Source: Chlorokybus atmophyticus (taxonomy: Eukaryota; Plantae; Mesostigma and Chlorokybus algae). Taken from it: a DNA stretch of 51,040 nt. The DNA is taken from the NCBI GenBank assembly GCA_009103225.1, contig RHPI01001202.1:1-51040 (forward strand). The letters run 5' to 3'. The notes beneath the pieces were generated by a model. The model was not told where the DNA came from, did no database searches, and worked only from the letters and a program-made list of their open reading frames with translations. The translations under genes and the position numbers were made by a program. Positions 37,538 through 47,919 of the stretch are shown here, piece by piece (positions within the stretch are counted from its first letter, which is position 1; each line of letters begins with the position of its first letter).

Positions 37538-39457
37538 GCACCGGGTCCTACTCATATTAGGGGTGAGCTATCACTAGGCCGTCACTCTATATCCCGCTGG
37601 TGCGGGCTAGTGGTGCAACGTTGCAACGGGCAGCACACCCTAGCCACGGTTGTTAAGGTTTTCTTTGCCAAATTGTGTTGTAATACTGGGGGGCCTAATT
37701 CTTGTTTGGCATCGGCATCGAGCAGCCTAAGCATTGCATTGCACTTGCACACAACCACCATGGATTGGGGTGGCGTGAAGGCACAAGTATGTAGGGCGCA
37801 CTACCAACTAGCTGCCCGTCCTTCAGCACATACAACACAAACGGCAAGCGACCTTGCACACATGCCGCTCAGTCCTGTACGTACGACTCATGTTATCTGC
37901 TGCATCTATTATCAATTGTATGCGTCCAAGATGGCATATGTGGGACCGACCAAACATATTGCCTATGAGCGTTTCAAGGAACATTACGAGCTTGGTATTG
38001 CCACGAATGCCACGCCGCTGGACTAGTAAAGGCATCCATCAATAGGCGGTATCTCCACTTGAGTGGGTTGACAATGCGGGCCTGTTTAATGCTGACAGGT
38101 TTAATCTTGCTAGACAGCGAGCGAGAGTGGATTGGCATCCTACGCACCTATAGCCCCTATAGTTACAATCAAGAGCGCAAGGGTGCAATCCGACACAAGC
38201 AACCACACAACCATGCATTGGTTGAGGTCCGAGCACTTGCAGCACATGAATATGCACCTGCACCTGTGCCTCCACCTGTCTGCAGACCACACCGCACCGA
38301 ATATGCATATCATGGTTACAAGCGCCGTCTTAGGCACTTTGGAGAGTTGATGCGCTCTGGTGCATCTCATGCCAAAATGCTTGCCGCCAGCAAGCACCGT
38401 GATTTTTTCAGAATGCTGAATTAGTTGAAGCGTTGTACAGCTAAGGAAATTGGGCTAGACCAACGACACGCAGAAGCATTGCTGGGTGTGCTCATGAAGG
38501 CAGCGGCTAAAGGATAGCTAGTCCCTCAGGGTCCCGCAGGCTGCTATCACCAACAATCAACTGTTGGTGAAGTGTCGCTTTATGGGTTTGTTTACTGACT
38601 TTCTGAATGTGCTGAGTAGGGCTGAAGTGCTAGAGGCTGTGCCACACCATGTCCGCCAAGGTTGGAAAACTCCATTGGTAGTATGAAAATATCGGGAAAA
38701 CGTTACGAAGGTTGTGCTGTAACAGGTCACCCATGGTAACATCTACACTAGCTGATGTCTTGCTTGCATACCCTTAAAACCCGTGTGTATGCATGACCCA
38801 GCTTGGCAAGAATGGGTGAATCGTGAGCTGCTGCATGTGGTGACTTGTGATGTGCGACTGACACCGAATGTGGCGTTGCAAGAGCTGCTATGCTGAGGGG
38901 TGCATACAGGCCGCAAGCACTTACGACACCAGAGGCATGGGTGACTCCGGTTATCAAGGCACTACGTTGATATGCAGAGATCTATGAGGTAAAGCACAAC
39001 ATGCTTGTGGGTTCGAAGCAAACGTGGGTCACAACAGCTGTTAGGTACTTGCGTGACAACATGCATGCACTCAGCGTGGATGTGTACCCGGATCTATGTT
39101 TCTCTGCGGCTGAACATGCTGCACTCAGTAAGTTGCAGAGCAAAGTTGTCGTCATATAGGTGGACAAAGCCGCATGCACATTTGCTTTTGTGTGCATCAA
39201 GTTGTATGCAAGCACGCTATTGGCTGAGTTGGCAACACCTACTTACACTCTTGCACAAAACACTACACAGGGAATTGTGGCAGCATACAGGGCTTTCCAC
39301 GACGCACACAACTTCAAAACTACTGTCACACAAGCTGCACAACCTCGACTGCCACACCTACACTTGACGGCAAAGCTTTACAAGTCACCTTCCAAACTGC
39401 GTTTCATTGCAGCTGCTTTTCAACAACTCTGTCGGATGTGTCAATTTCTCTGCCTAG

Positions 39458-39929
39458 ACCTGTGTTTTTCCCCAGACGGAAGTCAACTTCCTTTACAAAA
39501 GCTTTCGAAATGTTCTGAAAAGCGCTCATGACCAGTCTTTCCCTTCATTTGCCTATGGAACTTTCCGTTCGCTGACGGAAGCGTTGGTGGGCTATCCACG
39601 GAAGGTTTCAAGCTTGATATCATTGACTCTTATTAAAAATGTCATTATTATATTGGTTAGATATATTTATGTATACATATGAGATGATGTAAATGTTGAT
39701 AGAAATCATATGAGATGCTTATGCTAAGGTTTGACATGCATGTTGCTTGCTTATATGACACATTTTCGTGAACTTCCGTACTGTTATGGTCAATTAAGGC
39801 AATTTCGGAAGGCATCAGACTTATATAAGCATAAAAGCGTTGGACTTTCGTCATTTTCGAGAATTTTCCCTTCCCGAGCGGAAGTAACAGGAACCATCGA
39901 GGAGATTAAATCCACGGAATAACCCAGGT
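39458..39929. mobile_element. MITE-like 472 bp AT-rich insertion in the RT of element 3
   Basis: Imperfect 14 bp TIR (ACCTGTGTTTTTCC / GGAATAACCCAGGT, 12/14) and six CGGAAG/CTTCCG motifs. Interrupts the RT between RFIAA and AYKACMP. TSD unclear. Confidence 0.6.
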
Positions 39930-40444
39930 TTGACTTTGGCACAAGCATACAAAGCATGCATGCCGGTTATTGAAGTTTATGGAGTTGGGTGACAGGTGAT
40001 GGCACCATGCAGTCCTGAGTCTGAGGGACTCTGCGGGGTTCCAAAGGCTACAACGGTTTTACAACACCACACGAGATGCGCAACAAAAGCATGAGTACCT
40101 GGGGATGCAAACCCTCAACTTTGCAATGCTGTATACTAACATTTTGCATGAAGACTTGCTCCATAACATGCGCTTTGTGGTTGATGAAGTGTTTGCGTAC
40201 CAGCATGCTGTGAACAGGCACTCGTACTTGCATCAGACACTGATCAGTGGCAAAACAGAGGCTCCATAGTGGCCAGGACCGAGACCACTTGATGCGGGGA
40301 CACATGTCTTTACTACGTACGTGCACAATTGTTTGGCATTTGTGTGTGATAACCTCTTTGAGCAGACATCCTCTCACACTGCACACAGGCAGTTCATAGG
40401 CATTCCGATGGGCAACGCTGCAGGTGTACACTTGGATTCAAACA

Positions 40445-41858
40445 TGTAATGCCAATTGATGTGAAATAGGCTAAGAAGGGCTTATGAAGCATTAATAAGC
40501 AATATAACAACCTCTCGTGATAGCGAATTTTGCTACCATGGCCTGGTCGGCCAAGCCCCGCGTTACATTGGTAGTCGGATCTTATTGCTGAAGGTCGTGG
40601 AATCTAGCCCCACCGAGCGCGAAACAATTGCGCGTGAGTTGGTTTCGCGACCGTTGAAAACGATCCAAGACAGTTAGTTGGATTAGTTACAAATCTAACT
40701 GTGAGGTTAAGTCGACTAAGTCGGCGCGCAGAGGGTCGCTCCTGCGCGACAACGTGGCAAGTCGCCGTGGTCACGCCCAAAGGGCTGGCAAAAGTCACTC
40801 TCAGTTCCTTACTTATGTGGTAAGTAAGAGGGACCAAATGAGGATTCCGCATGCCATGGTGTGTGGCACTTGGCATGTGTGCTTATGCGGTCAATCCTTG
40901 TCTACTTAGTAGCTAGGGCTATGCATCTGCACAAGGCTGTATATTAGCAAGCACATGGCTGATCGGTGCCATATGCTCCGCATGACTTGTGGAGTGCTAG
41001 TGCTGTGACGCTGAGGCAGCATACGTGTTGCAAGTCGCAAGTCAGTCGTGCGATTTGCCAGTCCGATGTGTTTGGACAAGCACAAGACGGATTTTGGCAG
41101 TTCACAAATCCGAGGTTGACTTTTCCTGTGTTTGACAATCTCGTGATCTGATAATCCCGAGGTTAATGTCCTATGATGGGACAGGTCCTTTGTTGAACAC
41201 AGTCAGCATGTGCTGCTAGGTCAGCACACAGTGACAAGGCTTTGGGCCTTTGACATCTTGTGTGCCAGGTCGGGAGAGCGGCAAGTGGTATATATGCTCA
41301 GTAGCAACCTTGAGTAGGGATCAGAGTGTGTTCACCACTCGAGGGCCACTTGTGTGTGGGGTGCCTGGTTGTAGCTGTTGAAGGGGCTCTCCCCCTCATC
41401 CCTTGTTGGGTGTGAGTGCGCGGCGTTGGTGACTATACTTGTGTGTGGGAGCTGTTGGAGGGCTGGCGGTCATCCTCTCCTACCCGGCTCTGATGCTGTG
41501 TCTCCCCTCCGCGAGGTGCTGCACCGGGGTGTGTTGTGCATAAGCTCTTTGTGCTTGTGCACAAGGTGGTGAGGCTCACTAGCAGGTAAGTGAGTGGTAT
41601 CATTACAGCCGTGGAAAACTACGCGGCAAGACCGGTAATGGCTGGTCATGATCGGACGCGACCTAGCCTTGCCGTCTGGTCGGAGCGACCAACCAAGATG
41701 TGCAGGTAATATCGCGGTCGAAGTCGGGTTGAATGTAATGCCGGTTAATGTGAAGTAGTAGGCTAAAAAGGGCTGATGAAGCATGAATAAGCCATACACA
41801 ACCTCTCATGGTAGCGACTTTTGCTACCATGGCCTAGTCGGCCAAGCCCCGCATTATA
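40445..41858 (+). mobile_element. Small non-autonomous LTR retroelement (TRIM-like), LTRs 40445-40567 and 41734-41858
   Basis: Both repeats start TGTAATGC and end GCRTTAYA (inverted termini, TG...CA). 5 bp TSD AAACA/ATACA. TGG-starting PBS-like sequence at 40569. Splits RT motif B of the host element. Confidence 0.82.
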
Positions 41859-42659
41859 ATACATTCGCTAGGTTTTGAGTTGAGGTGGCTGCGCCGCTTG
41901 CAGCCCCTGGTTGACAGGCCCATTCTATTGCGGTATGCTTGCAGCATCCTCAGATTTGTGGATGACCTCGTGGTGGTAAACGTGCATTATTTTAAGTTAT
42001 AATTGTATCTTGCTGATGGTGCTCTGGCTGGTGGCTTATATCCACAAGCTTCGCTCACGTTGGCTTGAACAAAAACATGTGTCACAGTGCCTTACCTAGA
42101 CCTCACCATTTGTTAGACAAGGGATGTTGGCATCTGCACAAGAATGTACAAGAAGCTCAAACAACCGGTGTTTGCGGACATACCCGTGCAAAGAGGACCA
42201 CACCCAATATCCGATGTGGCCAAGTCAGCCAAGCTCAACATTGTTGTGTTTTAGGCACATCGCTAAATGCGCATCACCACGTACAGGGCACACTTTATTG
42301 ATGACCTTGTGACATTGATTAAAGCTCTGATCGCTGCAGGCTATAGCCAGCGCCGCTTGACTTCACGCTTACAACGGTCTTTGGTAATAAGCATTGGTAT
42401 GAATGCTCCGGTTTGTATTTGTTTTGGCTGGTGTGCAGGGGGTTGCATGATGGTGTGGGCAGACAACAACGCTGAGCACCACCCAAAAACACACGGGTTA
42501 GTACCATCATTGACAACAACAAGTAATGTAAAGGTAAGTTGTGGTAACTTTGTGCGGGGAGCACGTTGTGCCCGCACAGGCAAAGTCAGGTCAGGCACGC
42601 CCTGTGACCACGGCACTTACCACCCTTTCCCTTTCCTTCCCCTTCGGCTGCTGCAAGTT

Positions 42660-42831
42660 GCTACACTATCCCTGTCATCTCCTTGCTACCCACTACATTT
42701 GCACGCACGCACACAGGATAGTGGCTGAGCTAGTTGGCTTACAGACTTCACCCCCCGGTCAGAATTGTTGGTTGTCATGTGTATCATTGACTCGCTGGTT
42801 GTTTGTGCATGGTACCATATCGTATACATTA
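42660..42831 (+). repeat. 3' direct terminal repeat (pseudo-LTR) of element 3
   Basis: Homologous to 37352-37537. Confidence 0.9.
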
Positions 42832-43469
42832 CAGGGTTCACTCCAACCCTACCCTCTTGCCCCCCTTATTCGTCATGCATGCATTCACTGCAGCTTTGTT
42901 ACCTGCCCATGCCCATGTGGTCAGCAGTTAGCCCATGCAACCGCAAGTCAACAACTATAACCGCAAGTCAACACGCCCCCCTCCCGCCCCCACCTCACCC
43001 TCCGTCGCCGATTGCAACCCTGATACGGCGCTGCACTAGGGTTTTGTTAGCGTTGGCATGCAGCTTAACGCACATGTGCATGTACCAGCGTACCCCTTCC
43101 ATACAACACTCTGTCAGTCGTAGAGAGTTGCAGCTGTGGCACACTGCGCGAGTACCGCATGTGCCATGACAGCAGGGACTGGGGTCAACGGCGCCCAGCC
43201 CGGCGCTGCTGCGACTGCCGCCACTCCCCGCATACTCACTGCTGCCTGCACTCACTGCAAAGCCTTCTTTAAACTGATCGTTCCCACATCACACATATAC
43301 TGGAATAATAATTGCTGCACAATTACGTAATGCAGGAATGTGAACCGCATGCCACAGGCAATTGGCCAGTCCATTGGACATGAAGGCTCACACAGACCCC
43401 GTTGCAAGCTCGGGACAACAGCGCGACACCAACACTACAGTCTTACAAGACCGACACAATATGCATGAG

Positions 43470-46400
43470 CTATGCAAGGTAGTTGTAAGTTTGTGGGTTG
43501 GTCTTATCCCTCTCAAGGTACTCGCGGTCTATCAAACTTTCAATGCGTTTCTTCAGGTCTGCGGGCTTGATAGGGAACTTAAGCTGCACAAAACAGAAGA
43601 CAACCAAAATAAGAGATTGTGCTGATTGATGCGAGGAGACCAAAACACAATCAACCACCTGCTGGAACAGTTCGGTAATCAGAAGCGTATGACTCAGCAC
43701 TTTGCGCGTCTTCATGATGCGAACAATAGCTGCGTCAATCTGCATTGCAAGAGAATTATAGCAGAATGTAACAGACATGGACAATAGCGTAACTTCAGCA
43801 TGTATGCCAGACCTGGTACTGTCGATCTTGGAACACGCGCTCTGTCGTAGCCTGATTGTCCTCAACAGTTTCCTTCAACTGGATTGCATTCACCTGTAAA
43901 GATGCACGGCAAAGTGAGCAGACACCAAGACAAGTCCAGCAATTGATGCACATCTGACTCACGCACAGATTCACTGCATACCTTGATCCTGTACAACTTC
44001 TCACTGAAGTCAGTATTGAACTCAAAGTAATCCCCATCCTCCACATCACGCCCCTTGGGATCCTAATATGGTGCACATGGGGATAGCTACTGAGCAAATG
44101 TGACAGGTGAACTGACACGCAAACGCAGATAGGGAAACATAGAGAACCTTGTGTAGTATCCTAATCTTTCCGCAAGCAAGGGACTGCAGTGTGCGCCTCA
44201 GCTCCTTGTCCTCAATGTTTGTAGCATCCCGAATCTCCGTCAGGCTTAACCGATCAGCGGAATTGAAAAGCATGAGCACAACAGTCTGTCACCACAAGGT
44301 ACCGTCAGCGAACAACGCACTTAGACCCTCCAGTGCCTCACTGATCACACAATGCATCGGCAAACTCTTGCACCACTGGCTACACCTGGAAAAGGGACAC
44401 AGAGAGCTCCTTCTTTCCTTTGGGGAAATCCGCTTTCAAAACGCAGTGCCCCAAAGAATTTTGCCACATCAACCTTCGACCGCTGTGCTTGCTAAGGTAG
44501 AAGTCCTTGAAGATGTCCTGATAGACGTTGAGTTCATGCGGCAGAGTGACTTCGAGAGGTGGGTAGGTAGGCCAGTAGCCTGTTGTAAGAACGTGCACAT
44601 TCATCTCAATTCCCTGGGGCAGCTTGGAACGCGCCTGTGCCGACTGCCTGAAGGATGTCATGATGTCTCTTGACAAGTCAATGTCCTTGAACATCCCCTC
44701 CAACTTGTTGGTGAACTGAGATCCACACTCTGTCTTGAGCTTAGTGATCATTGACTTTTCTGCATCGATGGAGGCACTCTTTCCCAGCAGCAGTCGCTTA
44801 GCAAGGTCTTTCTTATAGAAAGCTTCGAACACGTCCTTGCCCTGGATGTACCTAAACAAAATCAAGACCTTATCCAGCGTTGCTTCCAGCTCTTCCTCTG
44901 AGGTGCCTTTGTTCCCAGCTCGCAGCCTTGCATCAATAAACTTGGCAATAAGTTCTGCTGGTCGATTTTGCCTCAGGTTGATAAAGTACTCAAAGGAGTC
45001 CTTCAATGCATATCCAAACGTCTCCTGCTTTGCAAAGCTGGTCTCCAAAATCTGATCCAGTCGTGCTTTGAACTCCAACAGGCACTGCACCATGTCTCGG
45101 TCCTTCTCTTCGTCCACGACAAGTGCTGAACCTGTTTTCTTTACATACGCCCCAATGGCTAACCGCAGCGGCTCATGCGCACCAACCCGCCCAAACAAGC
45201 TGTACATGCGGCCAAGATCGGCCAAGCGGTTGCCATCCATGAGAGTGCTCAAGCCCTGCATATGCAACAGTCTATTCATAAACCTTTGAGAGCTACTCAT
45301 GCTCCAACACCAGGGGAATAATGGCACCTGCAACAGTGCACACCACCCATACCAACCTTGTCAATGATAGTTGCTGTGTGTTGCTCCAGCAGCTGCTTCT
45401 CGACGACTGTTATAAGGGGTTTGCGCGTGCTACTATCCAAGTAATTTATACACCTATCATGCTCCTCTTGCAGCCGAATCTGTGGATTACCAGAAGCATC
45501 AGCACAATGGTTGGTCAACAGTGCTTGCCATACACAATGTTCTCATGCAATGCTTACCTCGCAGTGCTTCATATAGTCCGGAACATCCGCTTGTTGCATA
45601 AAACGCGTGCCTTCAGCAGCATAGAACGCACTCGTCTCATCCAGAAAAACCCTTTCAAAACTGCATGCACGTACAGTCAGCTGGGGTGCACAGAGAAGTG
45701 CACCTTGTCCACAAATGCAACTGATTGCACCTGTCACTGTAGATCCCCAGGGCTGAGAACATCCTCAACAAGTTCTTCAGCAGTGAGCGATCCACTGTTT
45801 CCCCTTGCCTGTTGACATAATCTAAGCGCAACTGCTTTGCGAAGGCTGGCAAACAAAAAAAGGAACAGCGAAGCTTGGCACACAAGTTAAGGATTGCGCT
45901 TACCTTTCACGCTCGATCAGCCTTAGCAGCCCCACAACTGTTTTCTTCTTGACTTCGGGGCACTCACCCAAGTACCTGCTGAAGAGCTGAAGTCCCATAT
46001 CCCTGCATTCACAATTTCAGAAGGGACGCGCAATTCAACACACCAGCTGACCAGCAGCTGAGCCCATTGTTCACTATTGCTCAGCTTGCTAACGCACCAT
46101 AGAGACCGCACTCCTGTGGTCTGAATTACATATGTACGGTCCAGATAGAGGAATATGCTACGAATCGTGAGCTGCCACAACCACCGTCCATAAGTAGAGC
46201 GACAATGTTCTCTTTGCTTGCACACCAAGCACCACCAGTTCAGTGCCACACAACCAGCGTACCATTTGGTCGCAGTGATCTTGCCACCGATCCTGCACAT
46301 GGTTCAAGAATATGACAGGATCTGGTATCTGCGTGTGATGCAGTCAAGGCAAACCTACTACTTCGCTCGCAGCAAATGCCATGCAGCATGCAGCATGCAA

Positions 46401-47518
46401 CGTTTAAACCAATCAGAAGAACACAGCGGTTGTATGGATATCCTAACAACCCGTAGAGTTGAGCTCGTATATGCTCCGCGCATTCGCTCTGTAGCCTTGT
46501 GTACAAATTGTCCGCCATCTTGTGCACGCAAAGGTCTTCAACTGCCTGAAACATATCAGCGTCGCTAACAATGCAACACTAGCCGCTAGCACTGAGAGTG
46601 ACAGTATGCAACGGTGGCAGCCCTTACCCGGTACAACTCTTCCAGGCTACATGACACTGGTTGCTTCCGATGAACAGCATTCACAGCGTTTTGCAACTTG
46701 GCCCATGTAGCTGCCTCAAAGTTCACAGGCAGCTTTGGTTTTGCTGGAAAAAGCACAACCATTAGTACATCAGCAGCGTCAAACTAACCTGCGAGCCTGT
46801 GCAACTAACCACACCCCAACCGCAGCACGACGCTTACCAGCATGACCAGTAAGTACATACGTGTGATGTTGGCAAGTACTAAGCTATTGACCGTCAACCT
46901 GTCCTAAACCAGTTTAATGCACTGTACTGCAGGTTTCGCCATGATGGTAGCATGCCTTGCTCAGACGCCCTACGACCCTATGCACTAACTGAATCATGCA
47001 GCGACAGAGGCATTGAAGCCGTGAGCGCCCATGTGATCGTACGAACAGAGTAACCTCAACGTCATGCTCGACGTGTGCTTGAACAGTGGAAAACAACAGA
47101 AGCTTGCGACACAATGTCCGCATGTGCATGCCAGTAGCAGCAAATGCATGCTATCTACCGGCAACTTGCAACCCTACACTTAGCAAGGTAAGGTACCTTT
47201 GAAATTGATCACAAGTTTCTTTGGTGCAGGTGGCGTAGCCTTCTTCCTGGTGAGGTTGGCTGCGGTGGTGGTGGCAGTGGCGGTAGTTGCGGCATCAGCG
47301 TACCCATCGTTGTTGGGGGTGCCACAATCCATGGGCGCAGGAGGATCCAGCACATGATGAATTTCCATGGTGTTGGCGCTGGCCTGCTCCTTCGCCCCTG
47401 CCCCTCCCTTGGATCGCTTGTTGCTGGGCGCCTGCGCCTGGGCCTGACCTCCTCCTCCTCCTCCCGCAGCCCCTGCTCGCTTCCTGGAAGCTGCTGTCGC
47501 CGCCACCGGCGTCGTCAT
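43470..47518 (-). CDS. CUL4: Cullin 4, multi-exon
   Basis: [141 protein letters not shown] and neddylation-domain C-terminus [17 protein letters not shown]...YNYLA. Confidence 0.97.
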
Positions 47519-47520
47519 CC

Positions 47521-47529
47521 AAACCCTAA
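47521..47529 (-). promoter_or_regulatory. Telo-box (TTAGGGTTT on sense) 2 nt before the proposed CUL4 ATG
   Basis: aaaccctaa on +, adjacent to CAT at 47516-47518. Confidence 0.55.
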
Positions 47530-47919
47530 CCTCGGCCTCCACGGCCGCCCCTGACCCTACCGACAGCCTTACCACCAGCCCTTACAAGCAGGAACATGCC
47601 AGCCTCACCTCTTCATGCGCCAACCAAGTCCTGCTTTGACCTGTCGCCCTCCTCCTTGACCTTCTCCACCACCGCCGCCGCCGCTACAGCATGGATGACG
47701 TCGTCCATATGGAATGGAAATGAACTTGGCTCCTAGTCTGGGTATCCAACCTCTGGGCCATCTAGAGCCCTACTGAATGCGTCTGGACCCTAATGTGCCG
47801 GTAGTATTGCTGGAGGTATTGTCGTCGTCATCGGCGGCGGCGGCGGCAGCGGGCGGCGTGTTCAGCCTGTATTACAGCCGTGTGGAGGAGTAGGCCTGCT
47901 GAGATGTGGGCGGCGGGCG

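Larger units (their letters stand above)
37352..42920 (+). mobile_element. Near-complete decayed Penelope-like element with N-terminal GIY-YIG endonuclease and RT (Chlamys-type; element 3), carrying two nested insertions
   Basis: GIY-YIG: VICCIY..AYVGPTKHIAYERFKEH (about 37885-37990) and EREWIGILRTYSPYSYN (38119-38169). RT: VDKAACTFAFVC, LPHLHLTAKLYKSPSKLRFIAA, NFAMLYTNILHEDL, QFIGIPMGNAAGVHL, RFVDD (41952-41966), VPYLDL and thumb to about 42390. Terminal direct repeats present. Confidence 0.9.

Noticed and set aside
41770-41800. CTGATGA in the 3' LTR suggesting a hammerhead ribozyme (retrozyme)
   Set aside because: The 5' LTR has CTTATGA, which completes a GCTTAT/ATAAGC hairpin, so CTGATGA is probably a point mutation. 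There is no GAAA core and no compatible stem I/III.
6737-47518. Functional cluster of chromatin and DNA-damage genes (CABIN1, HUS1, SAC3A, CUL4)
   Set aside because: They are interspersed with unrelated genes, and nuclear housekeeping genes are common. There is no sequence evidence of co-regulation beyond generic promoter motifs.
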